Shown here in pieces: positions 1 through 12,489 of a stretch of DNA of 64,000 nt. The stretch is from the human T2T-CHM13v2.0 reference genome, Homo sapiens: NCBI RefSeq assembly GCF_009914755.1, contig NC_060925.1. One strand, given 5' to 3'. Numbering within the stretch: position 1 is the first letter of the stretch; the number at the start of each line of letters is the position of its first letter. A program made the position numbers and the translations under genes. The notes under the pieces were generated by a model. It saw only the letters and a list, made by a program, of their open reading frames with translations. It searched no databases and had not been told where the DNA came from.

Positions 1-427
1 GAATGGGTCAAGAACATCCAAAACAATTCTGAAAAATAAGCATAATCAAGGGGACAAGCTACCAGATATTAAAACATGTCATGAAACTCCAGTTATTAAA
101 GCAGTATGGTATCAATAAATGAATAGACATAGAAAGTCCAGAAAAGAAAACAATAAATGGTTTTGAAACAACTGGCCGGCCATCAGGAAAAAAAAGTTGG
201 ATTCATAGTACATACTTCATACCAAGATAAATTCCACAAAGACCAAAGGTTTAAATGCGTCTAGAAATTTCCCGCTAGAAATGGATAGTGATGATGGTGG
301 CAAAACATTGTGAATGTTTTGAACTCTACACTTACAAATGGTAAATTTTATTTTATGCATATTTTACCACACTGAAAAATATATCACATACAAAAAACCT
401 TTAAATAATAAAAAATGGAAAAAATGA

Positions 428-717
428 TTTTTTTTTGAGACAGAGTCTTGCTCTGTCACTGAGGCTAGAGTGCAGTGGTATCATCTTGGCTCACTGCAAC
501 CTCTGCCTTCTGGGTTCAAGCAAATCTCACGCCTCAGCCTCTCAAGTAGCTGGAACCACAAGCATGTGCAGCCATGCATGGCTAATTTTTGTATTTTTAT
601 TGGAGACAGGATTTCTCCATGTTGACCAGGCTGGTCTTGAACCCCTGGCCTCAAGTGATCCACCTGTCTCAACCTCCCAAAGTGCTGGGATTACAGGTAT
701 GCATCACTGTGCCTGTC
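428..717 (-). mobile_element. Alu (AluJ-like) inserted in old L1M sequence
   Basis: Poly-T then antisense Alu dimer. Confidence 0.92.
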
Positions 718-1929
718 TAAAAAAAAATCTTTTAATAACCAAGGGTGAGAAAGCCCATATGACAAATCAAACACACAAGCAATAGCAAACTCTTGAAATC
801 ACAAAAAGTTCATAGATTTGACAACAGAAAAATAAAAATTTTCTTCATGGCAAAAATGACTATATAGTCAGAAAAAATATCACAAATTAAGAACAATATT
901 GCTACTCAAATAATAACAAGGTAAAACAGAAAGTACTTAAAATGTTCATTAGTTGGAGGCAATAGAGAATCAGTAACAACACAGGGGAATCCTATGCAAC
1001 CATGCAAAAATTAAGGCAGCTCTTTATGTACTACTATAAAATAATTGCTCAGATTCATCATTAAGGCAAAAAAAGCAGGGCAGAGTTTATAGTATGTTAA
1101 CATTTGTGTAAAAATGGAGGGAAATTATGTATACATTTTGTTGGCATATGGATAGAATATCTCTGAAAGGGTACAGCAAAAAAATAATAAAGGGAGAGTC
1201 TTTTCATGGTCTATTGTTATGGACCTTTTGAATTTTAATCCTGTTAAAATTCACGGTTATGTACTTTATTAAATTTTTTAACATTTGAACTTTCCCTTAG
1301 CCTCTACAATCCTCTTAAACAGCTCTATCAAAAGCTTCCAATATCTCATTAAACTAAAAACAACAGCATATACGAGGCGAGCTCTTCATGAATCTTTATT
1401 AGAGAGAACAGTCAGATGGCTATCATCTGGGTGATATAAGAGCTGGGAGACCAGTGACCATGTGGTGGGAGCTGGGGATAGGGCATGGGGGAACTGCAGT
1501 ACTGTGAAGAGAGCTTGGCTTTCAGAGACCAATTAATTTTCATGGGTTCAAGCTTGAGGGTAGACCTGGGAGAGGCTGCTGGTCCTCATGGCTCAGAGGA
1601 ACTGTGGGGACTACACAGGTGGGCCAGGCTGACTTGAACCCATGAAGTTGGGAGGCTCACGGCTGGGGTGACAGGGGAGTGTGTTCCTCCAGTGCATGCA
1701 GTTGGTACCATGTGTGTTCCAGGAGTGGAGGCTACCATAACTCTTATCACAGCTGGCTTGCTGATGCTTAAGAGACCCTCACAGGTTGACTTGACTACTG
1801 AGGGCAAATGGAATGATGGGTAAGCAATTGAAAAAAAAAATGCAGCTAAGGGGCTTCAGAAACTGGAAGAAAAGGAAACTGGACAGAACACCTCAAGCAC
1901 AGTCCCTAGAGTAAAGCTGCTTGATTGGC

Positions 1930-3065
1930 TTAGTAGTCAACCTTCTGAATTTTTTTTCTGGCAATTCAAATATCTTGTCTTGGTTTGGATCCATTGCTGG
2001 TGACCTACTGTGACCTTTTGGGGGAGTTAAAGAACATTGTGGAATTGTTTTTCTGGTTTCCTCTCATTTGGGTAGACTGTCAGAGGAAAGATCTGGAACT
2101 CAAGGGCTACTGTTCCCACTCTTGCGTCCCACAGGGTGCTCCCTTGATGTGGTGCTCTCCCCTTTCCTCTAGGGATGGGGCTTCCTGAGAGCTGAACAGC
2201 AGTGATTGTGATTTCTCTTCTGGATCTAGCCAACCAGTGGAGCTACTGGACTCCTGGATGGTACTGGGGAGTGTCTGCAAAGAGTCCCATGATGTGATCT
2301 GTCTTCAGGTCTCTCCATGATATCAGCACCTGCTCTGGTGGAGATAGCAGGGTAGTGAAGTGAACTCTGGGAGGATTTTTGGTTATATTTTTGTTAAGTG
2401 TGCTGGTTATGTGTTGGGCTGACCTACAGCCAGGAGGTGGTGTTTTCAAGAGCGCATCAACTGTGGTAGTATAGGGAGTATCAGGTGGTGGGAAGGACCT
2501 TAGAGCTCCCAAGAGATTATGTCCTTTGTCTTCAGCAACCAGGGCGGGTAGAGAAAAACCATCAGGTGGGAGCAGGGTTAGGCATGTCTGAGCTCAGACT
2601 CTCCTTGGGCGGGGCTTGCTGTGGCTGCTGCAGGGGCTGGGGGTGTGGTTCCTAGGCCAATGGAGTTATGTTTTCAGGGTAATTATGGCTGCCTCTGCTG
2701 TGTCACACAGGCCATCAGGGAAGTGGGAGAAAGTTGGCAGCCACAGGTCTCACCCAGCTCTCATGCAGACAACCGCCCAAAAGGCTAGCCTCACTCCCAC
2801 CAAGTCCCCCACAACAGCACCACCAGTGAGCAGGGATGAGAACTTGCCCCAGGCTATAAGCCTCCCAGCTGAGAAAGCAAGCAGACTCACAGTTCCTTGG
2901 CTGTCACCTCCTTCAGAGTGTCTGTGGATTCTCTTGGCTTTCCTGGTATGTTCCTGTGGTAGTTCTTAGAGCAAAAGTTCACAATGTAGGTCTCCACATT
3001 CGACTCTGTCCATCTGAGAGGAAGCTGCAAGTTAGTCCTGCCTCCTATCCATCATTTCCCTCTAT
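1930..3065 (-). mobile_element. L1PB-type 5' region, antisense
   Basis: Resembles L1PB 5' UTR (ctagagctcccaagagattatgtcctttgtcttc; gagctcagactctccttgggcggggc). Confidence 0.7.
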
Positions 3066-3179
3066 TTTTGCCAATTTTATAACATTTAATGGCAATGTTG
3101 CATACCTTAGGGATTTTTCTCTTTTGCTGTCTACACCCATGTATTTACCTCCTGACAAAACACAGTACATTAAAGAGAC

Positions 3180-4590
3180 ATCTCTGTCATTATTTCTTTA
3201 AATAGTCTTTTTACATCTTTCTCTTTCTCTACTCATCTGGGACACCCATAATTAGTATATTGGTTCACTAGATGTTGTCCTGTAATTCCTGGAGGCTTTC
3301 TTCACTCTATTTTCATTCTTTCTTTTATCTTTTGGTTCTCCTGACTGGGTAATTTCAAGTGACCTGTATTCAAGTTCACTGATTCTTTCTTTTGCTTGAT
3401 TGAGTCATTGCTGAACCTCTCTGTGAAATTTTTTATTTTAGTCATTATGATCTTTGGCTCCAGAATTTCTGTTTGGTTCTTTCTGGCCATCTGGCATGAT
3501 CCTTGGGTGGTTGTGCTGCTGGCTTGGTGCCTGGGTCAGCAGCTGGGTATGCCTGGTGCCTGGATTGATGAGGTTGCATCTAGGGCCTGGTTCAAATGGA
3601 TTAGGCCTGGGGCTTGAGTCTTCTCAGACAGGCCTGGATTCTGGGTTTACAGGGGCTGTCCTGGTACCGGACAAGAGTACCTGGTACTTCTCCACTGGAG
3701 AAGACCTGTTTACCGGGTCTACCGGAGTGGGCCCAAATGCTGGCTCATGAGGGTGGGCCTCAAGCCCATGTGTGTGGGGGCTAGCCTGAAGCCTGGGTTC
3801 ACAGTGGATGACCTGGCATTGGAGAAGGCCTTGAGCCAGAATTTTCAGGGACTGGACTGATGTTAGAAGGGCCTGGTGCCTGGGCCCATGGAGACGGACC
3901 TGACACCTGAGTCTACAGGGGCTGGCCTGGCACTGAGGTGGCCCTAGAACCTGATTCTGCAGGGGAAAACCTGGGTCTTGGGTTTGTGAGGGCCAGTGTG
4001 GAGGCTGTTTGTATGGATGCTCGTCTGGAGTATGAGGCTGCAGGGCCTGAGTTAGAGCTGAGGCATGCCTGGAGGCTGGGTCCATGGATACTGACCTGGT
4101 ACTTAGGGCCACAGAAATGGCCTGGGATTTGGGTAAGGTTGAAGCCTTGGGCCACAGGAACTAGCCTAGTTCTGGGGGTGGTCTGGAACCTGAAGTCACT
4201 GTGGTTGGCCTGGAGGTGGGGCAGGCCAGGACCCTGACTCTGTGGGAGGCCAACCTAGGGCCTGGGGCCTTTGGGCCTCTAGAGTGGGCCTGATGCTCGA
4301 GTCTATGGAGCCAGTTTGGTTCTGGGGTGGGTTTGGAAATTGAGTCTGTGAGTCCCAGGCTGGAGTCTCAGACTGCAGGGGCTGTCCTGGCACTAAGTGG
4401 GCCTAGAGGCTTGGTTAACAGGAGTAGGCCTGGGTTCTGGGGCTGCAATATGATGGGCTGGAAATGGAGTCTGTTGGTGGCTGTCTAATGTTTAGGACTG
4501 TGGGGGTGGCCTGGCACTAAGGCAGGACTGAAGCCTCAGGCTGCAGGGGCTAGCCTGGTGCTGAGGGTAGTCTGAAGCGTGGGGTCACTA
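3180..4590 (-). mobile_element. Old L1M 5' UTR/ORF1 fragment with degenerate GC-rich subrepeats
   Basis: ORF1-like KNQTEILEPK on minus; repeated gggctggcctggcactgagg-like units. Confidence 0.6.
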
Positions 4591-4879
4591 GGGCTGCCCT
4601 AGAAGATCAAGAGAAAAAAATATCTCAAAACATAGACCTAAAACACAAAGAGATGAAAAAATTGAGAAAAAATATGAAGTAGAGAAGAAAGAACCAGGAT
4701 ATCTGTGAAGCGACTGAAGGAAATTCTGAAAGGATAACATGGCATAAAGAGGGAGAAATGTTACAGAAGTAACAAAAACAAACTTCCATGACCAAAAGAA
4801 AGAAGCAAGTGAGAAGATTAAAAGCACTCATCAATTTCTAGATATAATTTTTTAAATTAAGAAAACAGGCATTTGGAAT

Positions 4880-6400
4880 GGCATTACAGAAGATGGCGGA
4901 ATATAGGAAGCTCTGCCTCCTCTACTGAAGCAGCTGAAGCAGCTTTTCTCAGTGGCATCTATTGAGGGGATTTAAGGAAGCAACCCCCTTTTCTCTCCTT
5001 TCTTACTGGTTTCAAACATTAAGAAAATCTTTGACCAGTCACTAACTGACTACGAAGGTAATAGAATAGAGACTTCAATGACCATACATGACAAGGAATT
5101 TGTTCTTTGTAAAAATATTTTGGAAAGTCACTGAAGAAATGGACAGCTGCAGCCTTCTTCATGCAATAACAGCAATCCCTGGAGAAAGGGTAGAATCTGT
5201 TTTCTAGAGTTACCACATTACAATCTTTAACATTTCCAATTTTCAAGAAAAATTTATAATGCATACAAAGACACGGGAAAGTATGACACTTTTCATACTT
5301 TTACTTTTACTTTTCTCATTCATGGGAAAAGTAAAAGAAGGCAACAACCATCTCTGAGGAAGCCCAGACACTGCACTTATAGATGAAAACTTTAAATTAA
5401 TTGTCTTAAACATTATGAAAAAGCTGAAGGAAACCATGAACAAAACTAAAGGAAACCAGGAGAATAATGTGTAAAAAGTAGGGAATATCAAAAAAGATAC
5501 AGAAATTATAAAAAAGAAACAAATAGAAATTCTGGACCTAAAAAGTACAATTGATAAAATAAAACATTCTCTAGAATGGCTCAACAGCAGATTTCAGGTG
5601 GCCAAAGAAATAATTAGCAAACTTGATGATAGGGCTATTTAAATTACCCAATGAGGAGCAGAAAAAAAAAATGAAGAAAAATAATCAGAGCCTAAGGGAC
5701 TTGTAGAACACTATCAAACATACCAATATATACACCATTGAACTCCCAGAATGAGAAGAGAGAGAGAAAGGGGAAGAAAGAATATTTGAAGAAATAATGG
5801 TCAAAAACTGTCCAAATTTGATAGAAGACATGGAGGCACACATCCATGAAACTTAATGGATTCCTAGATAGTATAAACTCAGAGAGATCCACAATTACAA
5901 AAACTAGAATCAAACTGTCATAAACCAGAGACAAAAAGAGAATTTTGAAAGCAACAAGAGAATTTACTTATCCCATGCAAGGGGGCCTCAACAATATTAA
6001 CAGACATTTTCTCCATCAGAAAAGATGGGAGCTAAAAGATAGTGGGATGATATATTTAAAATTCTGAAAGAAAAAGGACAGCCAACCAAGAATTCTATAT
6101 TTTGCAAAACTATCCTTCAAAAATAAAGAAAAAAATTAAGATATTCCTAGGTAAACAAAGCAAAGGGTTTTTATTTCTAGTAGACCTGCCCTTCAAGAAA
6201 TGCTGAAGGGTGTCTTTCAGGCTGAAACAAAAGGGTACTAGATGGTAACCTGAGTCATATGAAGAAATAAAGATCATTAGTAAAGGTAACTGTACTGGCA
6301 AATATAAAAGCTAGTATTATTGTATTTTGAGGATGTAACGCCTCTTTTTGTTTCTTGTATAATTTAAAAGGCAAATACATAAAACAGTGATTCTCTTTTT
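4880..6400 (+). mobile_element. Old L1M 5' end/ORF1 fragment
   Basis: aagatggcggaatatagg start; ORF1-like ccaagaattctata...aaactatccttcaaaaat...agacctgcccttcaagaaatgct. Confidence 0.8.
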
Positions 6401-6496
6401 GTAAATATCAAATCAATGTGTTGTGAAAGCACATAGTAGATAAAACATGATGTTCACTCCACTCCTTTCCTTCTCTTATAGCTCTTTCTTTACCAG

Positions 6497-6853
6497 GTCT
6501 CCAAACTGTCACAGAGCCTAGCTCTTCCTGCACATTGGACTGGACTTTGGGGGGATCTGTCCAGCTGCAACTAAACTCCTCTTTGGATCCTAACATCCAA
6601 GAGATTGAGTGGAATGGAAATTCTGAGAACGAGAAAAAAGAAATAAAACGGTTTCTGATGTCCTGGAAGCCTAATATCCCTAATCCTCATTGGCATGAGC
6701 TTAAAGACAAATACAAGCACAGGTTCCACCTGTTGGAGATGGTTTTCTTGAGCATCAGGAATCTCACTGTGGAAATGAGTGGAGTACATGCAGCAACAAT
6801 CAAGTTCTACTCAGGAGAATCCCAGGAAGAAGGCTTTAGATTCTGCACATATG
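6497..6853 (+). pseudogene. Isolated CD2/SLAM-family (CD48-like) V-set Ig exon, probably a relic gene
   Basis: ctttctttaccAG|...TAT G|GTaagg, 357 bp, phase 1-1, no stops; motifs LGGSVQL, IQEIEW, YKHRFHL, LSIRNLTVEMSGVH, QEEGFRFCTY; lacks the canonical B/F-strand Cys pair, as CD2-family V domains do. Confidence 0.75.
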
Positions 6854-9552
6854 GTAAGGTGAGGGGCCATGTCCCAATCAGGCATTCCAATAACCACTTA
6901 TCCAAAGTAAGTTAGCTAACATCAGGTTAAAAAAAAACCCCACTCATTTTAAGGAGTTTTTTTATTTCCTCTGATGTTCTAAAAATAAAAACTAAAATTT
7001 AAAGATTATATCTTAGGAAAAACTAAAATTTTTAAAAGGAATAAAATGCACATTAAATGAGGAGGAAAGAGAAACCAAAAGGATATAAAAAATTCTTCAA
7101 TCAAAAAATACTGTAAAATTGATTATTAAAATTAATAACATATCAGAAATGTCTTTAATTGGTTGGTTCAAAAACTGATTTAAAATTCTTAAATGACCTA
7201 AAAAAGTTGGCCAAAACAAAACAATAAAACTGGACTTTAAAACACTTAGAAGGAGATGGGCTGTTAGAACAGGTCTTTAGGTAAAATGGTCTTAGATAAA
7301 TTGACCTGAAGGCCAGTTGGAGAGTTCTCAGGACAAAGCCTGTCTGAGGCCCAAGCTGAAGATGCAGAAGGTGATTCAGACCCTGTCTCCTGGATCTCTC
7401 AGGGCAATGAGCAAGCCAACATTCTCCCTGGGAAACAAGGAGCCCTAGGCAGAGAGTGCAGTGGAGAAAGCTGGAGAAGTGGGAAGAGAAGGAGCAGAGT
7501 CTGAGGGTAAACCAGAGTGCCAGAGCTCTCTCCTGTTGGTCCTCTCTACCTCCACCAGTCCTCTGACATCTCTGCATGGGTTGCCATGCAGCCTCCTAAC
7601 TGGCCTCCCTGTCTCTGCTGTCTTCCCCCCCTCTCAAAGCACCTTCCACAAAGCTGCTGTTTTGAGCTTTTCAAATGCAGTTCTCTTCTGTTATCACCCT
7701 GCTTAAAATCAAACAATGCTCCCCACACCCATCCCCACATAATAAATCACACTCAGGAAAAGAAGTCCAGTCCCCCACAGGCACTGATCACTGGCTGCCT
7801 CTCCAGCCTCATTTCCTGATACTTTTTTCCCCATGTGCCTTGCTCCACATTTGCTACCCTTCACCTCACCCACCTGGTCCTTTCTATCCTCCTTGACATA
7901 TCCTGGCGGCTCTCCAGGGACTACCCATCTCCCACACCTCCCCTGCAGAACTGGCAATTCCTCACCTAGTGGGAGTGGGTTGTGGGTGAGGGATTCCAAC
8001 ATGGGAGATGGAAAAGCTTATGAGAAGAGACAGAGTTGACTGAATTGAGTGTCCAAGACGAGGTTTCCAGTCAGTGAAAGGTGGGGAACAAGCTGCCTCC
8101 CTGGCTTCCAGCTTCTTGTTCCTATTTTCTCTCTCCCCTCCCTTGGCTGATAAATCCATTGCATAGCTTTCTGAGTAACATCATAACACTATAGCCTCGT
8201 CCGATCTGTTTTGGCACAAGAAATGGAAGACTGTTCAAATTACATCAATAAAGAGGGTTTTCATCTTAAAGATACATAGAGCTCATAGGCGTGAAGATCA
8301 ATGAAGGAATTCCTCTGGCCTTCATACTCGCAGGAACTAGAAAGATGTTGGGCACTTTCCTCTCTCCATCAGGGGCCACATAGGCTGTCATCTTCCACTC
8401 TGTATGTTCGCATCTCTCTCTCTCTCTCCTGTCAGCTTTATTCCCTTGAGCTTCTCCACACCGTAGGGTACATGGCCTTCAGCAGCTATGGGCCCATCCA
8501 ATTAGAGGGCAAAGGGGCTTTCCTGGTCCACTCCACAAGGACAATCCCAGAGAAGGACTCTTATTGGCTAGGCGTGGCTCACATGCCGACCCCTAGATGG
8601 GTCACTGGCCAGGGAATAGCATCCTCTGATTGGCAAGGCCAACCAGGGTCAGGGTGCTGATCATGTAAAAACACAAGGTTGGAGCAGAAGAGGAGTTGCT
8701 AGAAAAAGTAGAAGTACTACTAGCTGGTTTCTCTTCATCTTGCTTTCCATTTCCCAACAATCCATCAGTGTCCAAATGAAACCTTCCAACAACAATTGTC
8801 ATTCCCCGCTGACTGCAGAACTAAGCACTCCTCTCAGCCCTGGGCGCCTCCAGTAAGTGATGCTGTCTTTTCCCCTTGTTTCTAGCTAAATGCATTGTTC
8901 CTCATGTATAAGCTCTTTCTCTCTTCCCTCTTGGCATTCAGAACTGTCATATCTGAAATAAAGATTTTTCTGATCCTGTCAAATGAGCCTTTCCATTTGG
9001 AAGTCTCAACATTCTTTTTTTTCTAATTTTTAATGGATCTTGTTTCTCTCTGTCTTGTGCTAGAGTATTTCTGTGTGGCCTACTTTCCACTTGACAGCAG
9101 AATCGGCACCCTTGGAGGGGCACTGTTTGGTGTCCCCCAAGTACCTCATACAGCTCCCAGTAGGCATTCGGGAGTATCCTTTTAAACAAATAGATTTAAG
9201 CAATATTTAAAGGATTCCTACAGAAACATACCTACTTTTTCTATGCTTTTTCTTATCCAAGCCTGACTATTATTCCTTCACCTATTGAAAAGAGCATATA
9301 ATAAAATTTCATATAAAGCAATTGGTGTATGAATACTTTAAATGCTAAAGAACATAAGCTTTCTGAACACCTATGGGTGTTCCAGTTACAAAGTAATAGA
9401 CATTCTTTTTTGGCTTTATATTTAAATTATTATCTATTCATTAGACCAGGTCTTTTAAAGAAGCTACTTAAAAATATGATTTTTCACCAGACACGTGTTC
9501 AATGAGTCTTGGAATGGTCTGGTGATTTAGATTTTTAATAACTGCCTTAGAG

Positions 9553-9775
9553 AAGTTGTTGGAAAACTATGGCCACAGGTCAAATCCAGCCCAATGCATT
9601 TTTTTAAAATAAAGTTTTATTGAAACACAGCCACATTCATTTGTTTACATATTTTATTTGGCTGCTTTTGCACTATAAAAACAAAGTTGTGTAGCTGTGA
9701 CAAAGACTTCATGGCCTGAAAAACTTAAAATATTTACTATCTGACCCTTTACAGAAAAGTTTGCCTACCACTCTC
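9553..9775. mobile_element. MER58A-type hAT-Charlie MITE
   Basis: aaactatggcc...aaataaagttttattgaaacacagccac...tttacagaaaagtttgcc. Confidence 0.8.
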
Positions 9776-10136
9776 TTAGACAATTCTGCTGACACAGCTG
9801 GTCCATGTAACTTCATAGGGTTAGGATGAGGATTAAATGAGTGAATGTAAAGCCCTCAGAGCTGTGCCTGGAAGCATGCACCTGCCAAATAATGCAAGCT
9901 ATTGTTCTCTTTTCATCTGCTAATAGAATAAATGACACTAATACATTTCCTAATTATACCATCCTTGCACTCCCATAATAAACCAAACTTGATCATGATG
10001 TATTGTGAGAGTATATTTGCTAATATTTAATTTAGGGATTCTAAGTTCTCTATAACTGATGTTAACCATGGCTTTGCAAGTGTTTTCTCTTGTTTTGTTT
10101 TGTTTTGTTTTCGGTATTCTCCTTGTCTGACGTGAG

Positions 10137-10198
10137 TATTAAACTATCCTTTCAGAATGACCTACTATATTAAACTATCCTTTCAGAATGACCTACTA
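10137..10198. repeat. Perfect 31-bp tandem duplication
   Basis: tattaaactatcctttcagaatgacctacta x2. Confidence 0.95.
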
Positions 10199-10494
<296 letters not shown>

Positions 10495-11008
10495 CTACCA
10501 TTTTAATTTCTTCTAGGGTTATGGGTCCATCATACATGGACCTCCCACAGCTTAGTTTGAGTATCACTGACCTAGAATACACAAATAGGGGCACAGCAGG
10601 GATTGGAGCTGTCTGCCAAGAGGAACCCGCAGGGATTCTGAGCTCAGAGAAGCCAGGTGGGATGCAGGGTTGGGTGAGAAGTGGGGCTGAGACAGCCCCA
10701 TCCCTTGTGAACCACAGAAGGCCGCCCCATCAGCCTCCAGTCTGCCCACCTGCACCCAGTCCCTGAGTAAGACCCTTCCCTGCCATCCCCTGTCAAATGT
10801 CTGCTGCCCCTTCCACATGCAGCTCACATGGCCCTGGGGAGCTGGCTCTGACCTGCCCCAGATTAATTAGGGGCTCTGGGCTCCCCCAGTACTCAGAGCA
10901 AGTTGTCAATCATCTGTGGTGTAACCAGGTGCCCTGGCTCTGCCTGCCCTCTGCTGATGCAGGACCAGGCCCCATGAAGAGGTGAGGTGGGGAGGCCCTC
11001 ACTCTCAG

Positions 11009-11382
11009 TATATTAGTCAGCTCAGCTCAGGCTGCCACAGCAAAGACCACAGCCCGGGAAGCTTAAACAACATATGTTGATCTTCTCACAGTTCTGGAGG
11101 CTAGAAGAACAAGGCTAAGGTGCCGGCAGATTGGGTGTCTTGGAGGCCTCTGTCTTCCCCCAGTGTCTTAACCAGGTCTTCATGTGCGCCTGCTTAAACT
11201 CCCAATCTCCTGTTCGTATAAGGACATCAGGTGTATTGGATTAGAGCTCACTCATTTGACCTCAGTTTACCTTCCTCATGTCTTTAAAGGCCCCATCCCA
11301 AATACAGTCACATCCGAAGGTCCTGGTGCTTAGCACTTCCATCCCCAGCTGCATTCTGTGGGGAACAATTCGGTCTATAGCA
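11009..11382 (-). mobile_element. MaLR LTR (MLT1A-type)
   Basis: tatattagtcagctc...ggctgccacagcaaagaccac...tctcacagttctggaggctagaag. Confidence 0.78.
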
Positions 11383-12489
11383 CTGAGGTTCACCCTGGTG
11401 CAGGGTGGGCACCTGAGACTGGGGGTTGTGCTGCCCCACCCCAGTTCCAACCCTGCCTGTGAACATCCTGGGGTTGTCAGGAACACACAGGAACAAGACA
11501 AGCAGCTTCCACCTAAGCTACAGGTGGCAGCCTGCTCTGATTGTCATGCAGCACATATTTACTGAGCACACCTGAGCCTGGCACTGGAGGAGACTTCCCT
11601 TCCTGTCCAGTCACCACCTGCTGCTGTCACTGAGCCCCTAGGTGGCTTCACAGAGAGCACAGCCTCACCCAGCACCTCCCCTTCTGACAGACACCTCAGC
11701 CCACAAGGGGCCCAAGCCACATGTCCTGTGGTAAAATGAAGGAGAGCTCCTCTTCCTTAAATGTTATCAGGCGGCCCTGAGCAGTCAGGTGTGAGCTGTT
11801 GTTCCATAGCTGACAGCGCAGCCCACCCTGGCTGTGTGGTGCCCACCTCCTTAGGAGCCAGCAGGGCTCCAGCTCAGGGCTGGGCCCCAAGACACACTCC
11901 AGCAATCAGCCATCTTGCTTGCCAGGGAAGGCACCTCAGGTGCAGGCTGAACTTCTCAAATGCAGTTTTTTACCCTCAGCAAAGAAAAATGAGAGAGAAA
12001 ATAACAGTTTAAATTGTACAGCAATTCTACCACAATAGAATCGACTTCGTTCAAATACCTAAAGCCTTGGAGCGAATATGGGTTGGGATTTGTAAATCCA
12101 TGGTTCCCTTGGTCCATCTCTCTGTTCCCACCCACCTTTCTGGGTGCCCATGGTGTGCTTATATCTGTTTAAAGGCCAGCTCTCAAGGAGCAAAGAGCCC
12201 TGGTTTCAAGTGTTTGCCAATTTCTGTGTGGCTGATTTCAAGCTACCAACATCATGACTGTGAATATAGATTTGGGAGGAGATGCACAAAACCAGCTCAC
12301 AAGTGGTTTGCAGCTGGCTCCAGCACACACTGTCTGTGGGTGGATCTAACGTTTAAACGTGAAGGACACATTTTTCACATAGCATGGCCCCTAAACACCA
12401 GCCAACCATTTCATCAGGAAGAAAATGCAGTCTCTTCTAAAGCAGGAGGAACTCTAAGGGATTCCCAAGAGTAATTGTATTTATTTTTC

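Noticed and set aside
3396-4393. Several overlapping 65-162 aa ORFs
   Set aside because: GC-rich degenerate L1 5' subrepeats with few stop codons; no protein family signal
9105-9126. Plus-strand CTCF-like sequence ccttggaggggcactg
   Set aside because: Several mismatches in the 5' half of the core
11696-11905. Minus ORF with LEC...W...RC pattern, considered as the missing C2 exon
   Set aside because: Wrong strand relative to the V exon, Cys spacing too short, no phase 1-1 boundaries
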